Source: Epiperipatus broadwayi (lineage: Eukaryota; Animalia; Onychophora). Taken from it: a DNA stretch of 64,000 nt. Below are positions 26,600 to 39,900 of the stretch, piece by piece (position 1 is the stretch's first letter; every line of letters begins with the position of its first letter). Where the stretch lies: positions 15,748,001 to 15,812,000 of the forward strand of contig JAQFVV010000009.1 in the NCBI GenBank assembly GCA_028023455.1, given 5' to 3'. The notes beneath the pieces were generated by a model that was given only the letters and a program-made list of their open reading frames with translations, did no database searches and was not told the origin of the DNA. The translations under genes and the position numbers were made by a program.

Positions 26600-27500
26600 A
26601 TGAACTTATAATGCTCTTAAAGAAGTTATTTTACTAAATTTATTTAAAGGTTAGCGCTTTCAAAGCTCTATGGTTTCATAATCATAGCTGTGTGCGGTTG
26701 ATAGTGATGAGGGTGAGTATTCAAATTTATGTTAATTAGATGTTTCGGTATTTATTTAAAATATTGTTTGACTTAGTTTGTCCATCTCTTTGAAATGGTA
26801 AAACAGGTGTTCTTTCTATTAATTGATTGGGTGTCATTATTTATGAAATATGCCTCTTTTATTTTGCACCTATGGTCGTTACTCTCTTTGCACACTATTC
26901 TGGGGTTGGTGGGTTCAAATCTGTGTCCAGTAGCTTTTTCATGTTCCACGAATGTTGATGTAGACTTCTTGTTGTTCAATGCCCTTTTATACATATATAC
27001 ACGCTGGGATGCTCTATTTGTAATGGTAGTTTTTGTTTCCCCATAATACGAGGCTCTGCATCTGGCCTGAGGGCATTGTATCTGGTACACCACTTGAGAT
27101 GTTAGTTTGGGATCAAGTTTATCTTTTGAATTGTTTATTAGTTGATTAGTGTTGGCTGAAGTGCGGAAGCCAATAATAAATTCTTTTGATAATGTTTTAG
27201 CTAGATGTTTGGCAATGTTGGGTATGTATGGTATAGTTATTCGTGGTTTATTATCTCTGATTCTGCCTTGCTGGTTTATTTTTGCTTGCAACTGTGCTAT
27301 TCTTTTAGTTATGTATCTATATTTGTAGCCAACAGATGTTAGTTCTTTAATGTATTTTAATATGCAGACAATCACTAAACTGTCCCAACTCATTTCAATT
27401 AGCATGAGTTTTAGAGCACCTGACTGTCTGAAGAGAGTATTTTGAAAGGTGTTTCTCCAATATTTAATAACATTGGCAAAATGTTTTTTCAGATATCGAA
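26600..27500 (-). mobile_element. Penelope-like element 3' fragment (RT thumb region, GIY-YIG endonuclease, tail)
   Basis: ORF 26773-27405 contains TIPYIPNIA...VVYQIQCPQARCRASYYGETK...STFVEHEKATGH...KIKEAYFIN. Boundaries are approximate. Confidence 0.9.
26648..26689 (-). ncRNA. Second, degenerate copy of the variant hammerhead-like motif
   Basis: The minus strand reads AGCT|ATGATTA|T|GAAAC catagag CTTT|GAAA|GCGC|T A|ACCT. The core layout is the same as at 18992-19032, but stems I and II are imperfect. Confidence 0.5.
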
Positions 27501-30159
27501 ACTAGACATATTAAATAAAAGATCCAAAAAAATGTACAGAACAGCCCTAGGCTATCTTATTTATATCTTTGCAGTTTTCTAGTAACTTACATATCCATAT
27601 CCTAATGTATGGATTTTTTGTTGTTTCTACAGTATCTGTTACATATATATGCTCTATTGCAGTTATGATTGTTAAACATACTTATATTCTTTATGAACAT
27701 TTGATCATTTATTGATGCTTACAAAACAATTTTATTTTTTAATTCTGAAGATTACTAACTTTTTTTTCAATGAAAACAATGTCCAATAAAAATCTCCATT
27801 TTTTATTTTTATTTGAAGGATCATAACTAGCTGGGATAGATTGTGAATATTGCATGCTGTGAAATGAAGTATTTCTAACATACACAAATTGAGCTTCTTA
27901 TAAATCTAATGAATCCTTTTATTCAGATATAGTTTTTATAACAAGCAAATACAATGAAGATGAAGACTCTTTTTCTTGCTTGATGGATGATTACTATTCC
28001 TGTGCTAATTGATTTGTTACTTTTAAGTAATATAGTGTCTGAAAATAAAATGCCAATAATGTAGGCTTATAACATTTCCTAGAATAATATTTTAAATGAC
28101 AATACATTTGTTTTGGTTAAAAATTTAACAATCAGTATAAAACAATGCAAAAATGAAGATTATTGATTTGAGTAGAAGATTGAAATAATATTTAAGTAGA
28201 TTTTATGAAATTCTTATCATATAGCTATAGTGATTCAAAATTGGATGAACATGTAATTAAACTTTATAAGCTGTTATGATTTCTCAAAAAATTTTCCGAT
28301 GAAATACATTTATTATTTCAAGCAACCCTTTATTGATTCCTTATATTATTAAAAATAAATAAATTATGCATTGCATTTGGTATGCTTATTCACTTGATAT
28401 CTGCAGCACATGCAAAATTGGAGCACAAAATTGAACATATACTTCACATTTCATGTTAGCTTTATATTTCTAGATAATAAACTATAAAATGTGGATTCTT
28501 GTAATTTGTACTAATTTGTCATTGCTCAATAGTTGTTCTATTTATATCAAAAGCAAAATTATTGAAATATATATATATTACAAATGCAATTTAATAGTTA
28601 TATTTTCATATCAAAGCACATGATTGAAAAATCATACAGATGATTGAAAAATCACTTCCAATTTTTTTATTTCACATTGGTAAATCTCTTTGGCTGTAAC
28701 TATCTTTAGAACATTGAAAAAAAGAAGCTATCAGAAATATAAATCCAGAAAGAGATCATGGACAAAACAAAAATAGTATTTAAAAATAATTCAAACTTGC
28801 AAAAAAAATTATATTGTTCTGTGAATTATTTTAGCATTTTATTTTTTTGTGATTGTTATTTTTGTTTAACCATGGCCTTTTTCTAGATTTAAATCCAGGA
28901 TAGCTTACTTGTTTCAATGTCCTAAAGACAGCTATACTTTAGAGAGAAAAATTACAATAAATCTTTATAAATTTGGCATAGATTTCATGGCATTTATAAA
29001 ACTTTCTTTTATTTCATGCATTTATATGTATGTTAAATCTCTATCATCTTTATTTGCACTCTCCTTTTATAATTACATTTATCTGCAATCCCTTGAATAA
29101 TTGATTGTGATTTTCCTGTAAATTGGGGTATTTTTCACAGTGATTTGCCTTGATGTGAAAATTTCATTATTAAATTACATTTTTAATAATTTATATATAT
29201 TTTTTTGCACTGAGTAATGGTAATTTAAGTACAGTATATATTATATTACCTTGAAATATGAAACCAACACCAGTCTATGTTTAATTTTTTATTATAATTT
29301 TATCAGTACTACAGGTATCAATAAAGAATTCTTTGAAATAATGAATAAATGTCTTTCATAAACAAACCCTTTGAGTTATTAGAATAGTTTATAAATTTTT
29401 TATACATACTGTAAATGTCAAAATGTACAGCTTGCATGCAAATCACCTAAGGGCAATTTACATAGGTCACAAGATAAACATTTTATTTTTATAGCCCACT
29501 AAGATCAGCTAGATACACGAGACCTCATCATAGTTTATTTAATCTTAATTAGCACATTGATTGCAAAATAATGACAAATGCTAAATGTAATGAGACATTA
29601 CAATTTGTTCAAGTATATATATTTTTACAATACTCATGATAACATAAATTAATTGCCTTGTCAATTTATAAATAATTTAGTATGATTAGTTATTTATGGA
29701 TTGTCTAATTAAGTTCATGCACAGATAATATACAGTATAATACTTATTATTTCTGAAGAGATATAAACTTACTGTGTAGATTAATGGTCACGCTACTGAT
29801 TATTACATTTTTAAGATTTAATAAATCTACAGTTTGAGGATACTCTGTATTTATTACCTATTTAAGGAATCAGACTACTGTAAATACTTGCAGGCTATAA
29901 TGCAGTTAGTAACTAAATGCTATACATGAGCTAGGAAAGCATTATACATTAGGAATTTTTGTCTATCGCATACTATTATAAAGATGCTAAGCATAAGAGG
30001 GACCTTCAATTGCAAAATCATATTATCTAAAACATACAGAAAACAAAGCAAATGATATATGATAACATGCCACTACAATGTGACACCTGTCTGCAAATTT
30101 TTTTAAGATTGCCTAATTTATGTTGATCAGAACGAAGGTGCCATTAGGCCTATACCCTA

Positions 30160-31040
30160 TTTTCTGGGTAGTTGGAGTAATACAAGAGTAAGGCTACTAT
30201 TTAAAGGAAAGGGTAAAGTTCATAGAAAGTTAAACAATTATAGAACGATAGCGGTAACATCAGTTTTATGCAAATTTTTTTCATATATGATGGCTGGAAG
30301 GGTTGCAAAATGCATGGAAGAAAATAATATAGTGGGAGAAATGCAAGGAGGTTTTCGATCGGATAGGCATATAGGAGATAGTTTATTTGTAGTTACATAA
30401 CTTATGGATATGAGTGGTTTACAGGTAGACAGTTATATATGATTTTTATAGATATAGAGAAGGCATATGATAGAGTAAATACAAATAGATTATGGGTAAG
30501 TTTAGTAAATTTGGGAATGGATGGAGCTTTAGGGGATATTATTAAGAAATTATGTGAAAATAATTACTATATGTATCAGTTTGGGAATATAGAATCAGTT
30601 TAAGTTATAAATGGAGTGGGACTAAGGCAAGGATGCCCCATATCACCTATTTTATTTTTCTTGTATTTACGAGAAATGGAAAAAGCAATAGAAAGCTTAG
30701 GAAGAGGAAGAGATACCATTAATAGATGGCAAGGGAGTATATACATTATTGGGTATTTTATTTGCAGTTGCCTGCAGAAAGAAGGGAAGATATGGAAGTT
30801 ATGCTGAGGACGTGCACAACGGTGGATAAAGAGATGGGGATTATGTAATGATGATTAATACTAAGGAAAGAGAAGACAAAGAATTTTTATTGGGGGATAT
30901 AAAGTTAAGTGTGGTGAATAGATATAACTATTTGGGAATCGTGTTAAGTAATCAGAGAAGCTGCTTGGGTGAATGGGAGAAAAAATTGATAAATAAAACA
31001 AAGATAAGAAAGGGATTGATAAAGAAATTAAGTTTTTTCA
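30160..31040 (+). mobile_element. LINE ORF2 fragment A (RT domain)
   Basis: Translates as SWSNTRVRLLFKGKG...NNYRTIAVTSVLCK...GEMQGGFRSDR...IFIDIEKAYDRV...GLRQGCPISPILF...YNYLGI, with stops and frameshifts. Confidence 0.92.
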
Positions 31041-31240
31041 TATAATAGATAGTAATCAATGGATGCAAGAAAGTTTGCCTATGGAATGATGGTGACAATG
31101 ATTATTAAAGAACCAAAGACATAAAAAATATAGATACTGAACTGGGTTCAGATCTATATGATTATGTAAGCAAATGAGCTGGATTGAAAAGATTGTCTCT
31201 TTTCATAGTTTTACATTTAACTAAAAATATAAAAGGTGAC

Positions 31241-31397
31241 GTCTGGAGGATTGCATTGGATCCTAAGATCTAAGTGTAATTCTCTCAGATCCAAGGTCCC
31301 TTATTAATATTCTGGAGATAGTAAATGAGCAGTCACTAGATAAGGATTTTATGCACAAACCTTTTTGCATCCTTTGATTACTATGATTTGCATTGGG
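31241..31397 (+). mobile_element. Degenerate partial copy of the 2111-2592 MITE family
   Basis: CTCTCAGATCCAAG and TTTATGCACAAACC...GGCTCTACTGTATGGAGAG match the right arm of the 2111-2592 element. Confidence 0.6.
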
Positions 31398-32625
31398 TGG
31401 CTCTACTGTATGGAGAGATGGGGATTAAATTTTTAGTGAAGAAAAATCAAAAGTAATGATGATAAATGCTGGGGAAAGAGAAAAACAATAATTTTTATTG
31501 AAATTTTTATTGAGGAATATAAAGTTAAGTGTGGTGAATAGGTATAACTATTTGGGAATCTTCTTAAGTAATCAGAGAAATTGCTTGGATGAACAGGAGA
31601 AAAAATTGATAAATGAAGCAAAGAAAAGAAAGGGGCTGATAAAAGAAATTAACAGGGTTTTGATATAATAAATATGATGTAGCAAGAATTGTATGGAAGG
31701 GAGTGGCAGTAGCAGGGTTAACATATGGTAACTATGCTTATGTGTTAGTAAAAGGATGTTAGATAACTTAGGAAAGTACAAAGAGAAGTAGGAATACATG
31801 TATTAGATACAAATGTGTGGATGGCAAAGAAGGCAATTCAAGGAGAAATGGGATAGTCAAGTTTTTATATGAGGGATGCAAAAAACAAAATGAAAATGTT
31901 CAGTAGATTGCACTTTATGAATAATAAAAGTATAGCCAAAATAGTATTTAATTGAGTTATGAAGAAAGGGCATATAACAAAATGGCTGGGAAAGGTAATG
32001 TGGAATGCAGAAGATTTGGATAAAGAATTTATGTTGGTATACTTGTACAAAGGATGAAATGATTGTGTTAGGAGAATTGTTGAGTGTTATAGTGGTAAAT
32101 AATGGGATAGAAGAATAGATGCATTAATAAAGAATAGGGAGTTGGAAAGATGGAGAACTAGTATGGAGAGTAAAAAGAATTTAAATGTGTATAGAAGTAA
32201 ACAGAATATTGGGTGTGAGTTAATTTATGATAATAGCAATGAAAGTAGTTTACTGTTTAAGGCTGGAATGGGATCTTTAGCAACAGAGGATTATATATGT
32301 AAATTGAAAAACATGGGTGATTTGGTCTGCAAGTTGTGTAAGGAAGGCTTAGAAGATATTAAGCATCTGTTAATTGAATGTAAATACCTGAAAGTAGAAA
32401 GGATACAAATAATAAAGTTGTGGAAGAATAAATATAAGGAAATTGATTATACAGAAAGTGGGTTAGTGATTTTTATGCTGGGTTTTGGAAAAGATAAGGG
32501 GGATTTAGATATTAAAGCCATGGAATTGACAAAGATTATGTTGTAGAAATGGGATGGAGCCGGATATGGGAAAACTTAGGGTGGGAAATGAAAAGGGAAG
32601 GTAAAGTGGCTAACAGGTTTTCTGG
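31395..32625 (+). mobile_element. LINE ORF2 3' fragment B with C-terminal CCHC zinc finger
   Basis: ORF 32142-32546 contains SSLLFKAGMGSLAT...CKLCKEGLEDIKHLLIEC. Its first ~270 nt duplicate 30832-31040 of fragment A. Confidence 0.9.
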
Positions 32626-34679
32626 GCTGGGAGATTCCTGAATCCATATAAGAAGTCATAGCGCATCACATCACTAAATCTGAGAAGCAACTTCCATGAT
32701 CGTATTGATAATTTATTTACATACAGCGGTCACCTACATGGGCTAGGCTAATTACTCTTTGATAAGATAGATTAAAACACAGAGGTACTTAAGTAAAGTT
32801 TAGATGCGTATTATATTCTTTTCTCTTATTAATAGCTTTCCTAATTCCCTTTGTTTTGGGCTCTCCAACTAACTCTCAGAAAATCAAACAAAAATATTAT
32901 TTCCATTTCTTTTTTCATTTTAATAATTACGACTCCAAATTGACTGGTTAATATCTTTCTTGAGGGAACATGCACTGCACAAACACTATGAAAAACAGTG
33001 ATCCCAATATATTCAGGATGTCTGTCCCCATAGGTGTGACTGAAGTCAACTTACTATTGAGAATGGGATTAACTTGCCTCATTCAAACTCTCCATTTTAC
33101 AATTAATAATTCTATTCTAACCTTAAGGGACAGCGCAAGTGTCTGCTGTTTGCTTGCAACCATTGAAAATCCATATTTCAAACAACAGATTCTGACATAA
33201 GGTTCCTGTGTTTACATATTGTCAAAACTCTTAACCTTTTTATCTCCTCCACTCTTCCTGTTTGACTTTCTATATTGAGCAGTTAACATTCATTTTTGAA
33301 CTTAAATTTACACATATTTTGAACATAATAAATGAAGGAATATTATACAAAAAAACAATTTTGGTTAATAAAAAGATAGTAACATAAAAGCCTATCTCCC
33401 TTTTTACTTAATACAAAATGTAAATATTTAATTTATATAGTACGAGGTTTTTATAAATTATAATAATAATGTAGCTTATTCCATTGCACATGCACTTTAC
33501 AGATCGATCACTTATTTTAATAAATACTCTCCAAATGCTTCAGATTTTCCTATATGTATAGTTTAGGTAAAAAAGATAGAGTGATCCATTCTATCTTTTG
33601 AAAAGATTTTATATTGTGTTTGGAAAGGAGAGTATCCATTATACTTAGTGATCGATCTGTAAAGCGCATGTGCAGCGGAGTAAGGTACGATATTATAATT
33701 AATACAAAATGATATAAAATAATAATCCCTCTTAAAACCCACCTCTACTGTTGAAACTTTTTTATACACTTAAGTTAATGGTGTCTACTACTCTATTATG
33801 CCAAAGAAATGTTCATTAATAATAGTTCATAATTAACCTGATAGATCAGTGGCTCAACTTTCTCTAGGCGGTCTAAGTTCTTATATGATTTTTCTTGAGA
33901 CTGCTAGTGTGAATTCTTTGTTTGTTCCATTGCTTTTTGATCTTCTTTGACTAGCTCAATAAATCCTTCTCGTGGTTGACGATCATTCGGATAGCTCCAG
34001 GTGTGGCTAAGAGACATAATTCATCAAGGGGAAAGTTCTGATGTCTCTTAACCAGAGAACATACCCTTGGTGCTGTTTAAAATTATATTTTCAATCTCTC
34101 TACAAGATGCTTTCAATATACAAGTCTAAGTAAGTAAACAAAAGGAAAACTATAATTTATATGTTTTTTTTTTCACAAACAGGATTAATCACACTTAGTG
34201 TTTTATTTTTAGACACATTTTTACAATTCTAATTTTTTGTCCTTTTGGTCATTCCCTTTTTAATTAGTGGAAAAAGTTCTGGTTCAATTAGTGTAATAGA
34301 TTGACTCCTGCAATATATTTAATTACAAAATACTTTTAGTATCTAGAGTTTCAACAATAAAGTTAATTGCTAAAATCTATACTTTTTTCTTCTTTCCCCA
34401 ACCTACATCTTTCCAAGAATTACAATTTAAAACAAAAAAAACTTTTAGTTAAAAAAAAATCAAAATGAACTTAAATAAATAATTAAAATGAAAAAATTCT
34501 GATTTCTTCAAGATAAATAAAGAAGTCTAGTTAAAAAAATATTTCAAAAATTATTATTTTAAAATCTAATATGTACACACTTTTAATAAAATAAAAAATA
34601 TATGTATAAATATGAGATGGTAGAAAATACCATCTCATTGCTCCCTCTCTCGGAAAAATAATAAAAAAAAATACTAACT

Positions 34680-35897
34680 ACCCCATGTGGTATTTCCCCT
34701 CTTTCCTTTCTTGGGGCTATTGTTAGCCCTAAACAGGGGTTCATTGCAATTCCCCCACCTAACTTTAGAATCATCTTCCCCCTGGGATTACTTACTCCAT
34801 ATCAACTAACATTTCCAATATTTATATTGATAATCGGAATTTTTCAGCCAACTTGGGTTGTATCCTATCGGAAGATAATATTTTATGGTTCTTACAATCT
34901 GGTATTGATCCATGGGGTAAAACTCAAGCTGTCTGAGTTTTGTGGCTTGATGTTGGAAAAACTGATTATAGGTTCGTTCTCTGCTTGACCTATACTTTTC
35001 CCATGATATTCTCATGTGGATAGCCTCTTGTTTTTCAATGCTCCAGAAACTCTGCAGGATCATTGGTCTATATTTCTGAAACATCTGCAGGTGGGACCAC
35101 TTAAATGGTTTGTAGCTATGAAATTTTTTTTCTTCTCATTTGATCTGTGGAAGTAAAAAAAAAAATTGCATAAACTGGCCAAATAATTGAATGATTTTCT
35201 TTCCTATTCCCCTGGAAGAATTTTACTAATGTAGCCTTTTCTGGATTAGCTTTCTCTATTTTGTTAAGCATCCTTTTCAGGTTTATTTTAATCCAAGTCT
35301 ATTTCTGTAGTTTTTTTTTTCAGACTTGATTTTATTTCCCCTACGGGCTGTTTTTCCTTCCCTTTTCTTCTTCTATAACCTTGCTAATTTTGGGATTGCC
35401 TTTACTAGATACCCTTCAACTTTATTCTTACCACTTCTATTTTCTTCATTCTTTCTTAACTTGTTCATCTCCTTTCTCAGCTCTCCTATCATGATTTTTA
35501 TTTCTTTAATTTTTTCACTATCTCTAATTACTATCTCCCTTAGATCAGCTATAGCTTTCAATATTTCATCAAGCTGACAACAAATGTCACCATTGGGCTT
35601 TCTAAAAGTACTTTCATCTTCACTCATATTTTTTATTCTTTAAAGTATTTCAAAACTCAACCCCCACCCCCCTGGAACTGACTTCACTTTCTTACCAACA
35701 CCTGAACATCCCTCAATTAATTCTTGACCCTCACTTCCGGCCATTCACTGTTTTATCAGACCTACATGTCAAGAAGCCATGTTTTACATTTCCCCTTCTT
35801 AGCCTATGTACCACTATAAATTGACACTGTCCACAATTTTCTAAGATTAACAAAATTATATCTGGTATGAGGGCGCCACTAGGCCTATAGCCTAGCA
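34680..35897 (-). mobile_element. LINE 5' UTR plus ORF1 (coiled coil and SGNH esterase-like domain), inverted relative to the neighbouring ORF2 pieces
   Basis: ATG at 35627 opens a coiled-coil ORF (MSEDE...LKAIADLREIVI...ELRKEMNKLRK). Downstream broken frames give ENHSII.PV (GDS-like), TNDPAEFLEH (GTND-like) and SDRIQP (DGxHP-like). Esterase-type ORF1 is known in several LINE clades. Confidence 0.65.
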
Positions 35898-36900
35898 GCA
35901 AAGAAAAGAAAGGGGTTTGGTAAAGAAACACAGTATTTTCATATAAGAAATCTGATGTAGCTAGAATTGTATGGAAGGGAGTTGCAGTAGCAGGGTTAAC
36001 ATATGGTAATGATGCATTATGTGTTAGTAAAAGGGTTTTAGATTATTTAGAGAAAGTGCAAAGGGAAGTAGGAAGACATGCATTAGATGCAGAGATGTGG
36101 ATAGCAAAGGAGGCAATTCAAGGAGAAATGGGGTGGTCAAGTTTTTATATGAGAGATGCAAAAAGTAAAATGAAAATGTTTGGCAGGTTGCAGTTTATGG
36201 ATAGTAAAAGAATAGCCAAAATAGTGTTTAATTGGGTTATGAGTAAAGGGCAGGTAACAAGATGGGTGAGAAAGGTAATGCTGTATGCAAAAGATTTGGA
36301 TAAAGAATTTATATCAGTATACTTGTATAAAAGGTGGGATGATTGTGTTAGGAGGATTGTTGAGTGTTATAGTGGTAAGGAATGGGATAAAAGAATAGAT
36401 GCATTAATAAAAAATAGGGAGTTGGAGAGATGGAGAGCTAGTATGGAGGATAGGAAGAGTTTAAATGTATATAGAAGTAAACGAAACATTGGATGTGAGT
36501 TAATTTATGACAATAGTAAGAAAAGTAGTTTATTGTTTAAGGCTCGAACAGGATCTTTAGCAACAAGAGAATATACATGTAAATGGAAAACTATGAGTGA
36601 TTTAGGGTGCAAATTGTGTAAGGAAGGTATAGAAAATATTAGACATTTGTTGATTGAATGTAAATGCTTGAAACCAGAAAGGGTACAGATAATGTAGTTA
36701 TGGGAGAATAGATATGAACAAAGTGATTATAAAGAAAGTGAATTATTGGTTTTTATTCTGGGTTTGCAAAAAGATAAGGGGGATTTGGATATAAAGGCCA
36801 TAGAGTTGGCAAAGATTATGTTGTGGAAATGGGATGGGGCAGAATATGTGAAGACTTAAGAGTGGGGAATGGAAAATGAAGTGGCTAACAGGTTTATCTG
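35898..36900 (+). mobile_element. LINE ORF2 3' fragment C' (paralog of fragment B)
   Basis: ORF 36056-36697 contains EAIQGEMGWSSF..RDAKSKM...SLLFKARTGSLAT...CKLCKEGIENIRHLLIEC and is colinear with 31615-32625. Confidence 0.92.
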
Positions 36901-39900
36901 GACATAATTGCCGAGTTATTCTTGACTTCATTTAAGGAGAAGCCAAAATATATCACATCACATCACTAGATTGAGAAGCAACTTCAATGATCATAGTGAT
37001 AATTTATTTTATGTACAGTGGTCATCTAATAGATTTTAAAACAATCTTATGTGGACTAGGAAAATTACACTTTGATGACACCAAATGGATATTTAATTAT
37101 TAAACTAATAAGAGAGATTAAAACATAGAGACACTTAATTAAAGTTTAGATGTTTATTATATTCTTTTATTAATAGCTTTCCTAATTCTCTCTTTTTTTG
37201 GCCCTCCAATTTGATTAGAAATTTAAGAAGAAAGTCAAACGAAAATATTATTTTCATTCTTTTTCCGTTTTAATAATTAGTCCCCTCATTAACTGTTTAA
37301 TATCTTTCCTGAGGGAACATGTGTTGCACAAACACTATAAGAGACAGTGATTCACATTTATTCTGGATATCTGTCCACGTAGGTATGACTGAAGGTCAAC
37401 TTAGACTATTGAGAATGGGATTATCTTGCTCCATTCAAACCCCATATTCACGATTATTAATTCTATTCAAACTTTAAGGAATGGCACAAGTATCCACTGT
37501 TTGTTTGCAACCATTGAACATTCCTATTTCAAACATCAATAACTTTTTTACTTTTCTCCACTCTCTCTGTTTGACTTTCTAGATCAAGCAGATAACATTC
37601 ATTTTTGAACTTAAATCTACACATATTTTGAACATAATAAATGAAGGAAAATTATATATATAAAAAAAAACAATTTTAATTAATAAAAAGTTAGTAACAT
37701 AAAAACTCACCCCCTTTTTACTTAATAGAAAATGATATAAAAATAATAATCCCTCTTAAAACCCACCTCTACTATTGAAACTTTTTTATAAATTTAAGTT
37801 AATGGTGTCTACTACTCTATTACACCAATCCAAAGAAAAGTTCTTTAATAAAAGTTCATAATTACCCTGAATGATCAGTGGCTCAACTTTCTCCAGGTCG
37901 TCTAAGTTCTTATATGATTTTTCTTGAGACTGCTGGCGTGAATCCTCTGTTTGTTCCATTGGCTTTTTGATCTCCTTGGCTAGTTCGATAAATCTTTCCT
38001 CCTATTGGTTGATGATCACTCTGGTAGCTCTAGGTGTGGCTATGAGATGTAATTCCCTGAGGGGAAAATTCAGATATCCCTTAGCCAGAGAACCTTTCCA
38101 TGGCGCTGTTTTAATATATTTTCATTTTCTCTACAAGGTGCTTTCAATGTACAAGTCCAAGTAAGTAAAGAAAATGAAACTCCATAATTTATGTTTTTTT
38201 TTTGCTTTCATGAACAGGATTAATTACACCTAGTGTTTTATTTTTAGACACAGATTTTTTGTCCTTTTTTGGTCATTCCCTTTATAATTAGTAGAAAAAA
38301 ATTCTGGTTCAGTTAGCATAATAGATTGACTCCAATAATATATTTAATTTCAAAATAGTTTTAGTATCCCAAGTTCAATAATAGAGTTAATTGCTAAAAT
38401 CTATACTTTTTTTTCTTCCCACAATCCATCTTTCCAAGAATTACAATTTAAAATAAAAACTTTTAGTAAAAAAGAAATCTCAAGATCTAATTTTATGTTC
38501 TGATTTCTTTGCGATAAATAAAAAAAATTACTTAAAAAATATTTCAAACATTATTATTTTAAAATTTAGTATGTACTCGCTTTTAATAAAATAAAATATA
38601 TGAGTATATATATGAGATGGCAGAAAATATCTCAGTAGGATTGTTCATCTACTGCATACCACTGCTCTAAATAAGATAATGACTACAAGTGACTGGCCAT
38701 CACAACGATATCACAATCATTTATGAATAATTAAATTACATACAAACAAATCTCGTATATAAATCAAATAGCACAAAATAGTTACAGCAGTTCACATAGT
38801 AATACACCCAAATTATCTTTTCCCAAATCTGTAGGGTAGTTTATTTAAAACTGTAAACTATTAAAGTATAACAAAAAAGATAATCTTAATTTATTGTGTG
38901 TCTGCAGCCTGTTTTGTTTTTGATCTAGAGTTCATCAAGTTAGTAATTATTATTTTGACAATTTTTTATATAATGAAAATGGCTGGTTTTAAAATATTAA
39001 GTTTTTATAAGCATGACCAAGGATTATGATCAAAAGCTAATTGCTTGACATAAAATTTTTTTTTTTTTTTAGATTTATGTCAATTGAATTGTGGTATGAT
39101 TAAACAAAATAACAGAGCAATTATTTGTCATACTAGTTTATAAATAGATTTGCAAAATCAATAATAATGATACATTATAAAATATTTTCAGGCTAATGGA
39201 GATAAATATTTAATGTTAGTACTATAAGAATATATTTTAAAGTTCATACCCATTCCCTTTCATCGCTAAGAGTTCGAGCTCAGACTTCAGGCATGGTATA
39301 CTTTTAGTGGACTTTGTTTATTCAACCATAGCTATGATGGCACTAGGTTTTAACCATACTGTTTTTAATTCCACAGGTAAGCATCAGAAGATAGTTCAAT
39401 TATTGATTGGTTGCTGGGTTTTTTCTTAAAGCAGTAGGCACTTGAAGTTTAGGTATATAATGGACATAATGCTTCTAAAGATGTTTCTACATTAGCTGAA
39501 GCTTCTTTCCATACTTCTTTATGGCTTTCAACCTAAATCTGCCAAGTGGTCAAAGTGAAGCTGATGCAGCTTCTCTATTCTTCCATTGTATTTTGCAACA
39601 CCAGGCACATTAAGTGTACTGAAAGCTCAATCAAGAAAGATCAATGCAATAAAATCAAAGTATGTCAGCAGTAATCACTAAGCAATAATAATTACAATGA
39701 TTTATAACTTTTATTTATAGTTCCTGGAATTGACTTATCAGCAAAACCAGATCCATCATCTATTGCTTTAGTCCATTGATCCAGTGGTAGTAAATAACTC
39801 TTAAACTTCATTTTAGTTCATGGCTTATTTGTTCAATCATGATATTTAAAATTTTATCTTTGAAAGAGATTACAAGACTTCACATTTCATGTTGGCTTTA

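Larger units (their letters stand above)
31615..38632 (+). repeat. Local ~3-kb direct duplication: 31615-34635 versus 35898-38632
   Basis: Homology continues past the LINE 3' end through ~1.7-2 kb of flank (for example CATCACATCACTA..TGAGAAGCAACTTC at 32664 and 36956; CCCTCTTAAAACCCACCTCTAC at 33727 and 37751), with substitutions and indels. Confidence 0.92.

Noticed and set aside
35780-35897. HDV-like ribozyme at the LINE 5' end (TGGCGCC motif)
   Set aside because: No P1' partner or nested double-pseudoknot pairing could be built by eye.
39241-39385. Strong donor CACAG|gtaagc as an upstream coding exon
   Set aside because: The phase-2 frame needed to join exon 49345 has a TAA just upstream, and there is no recognisable peptide or acceptor.
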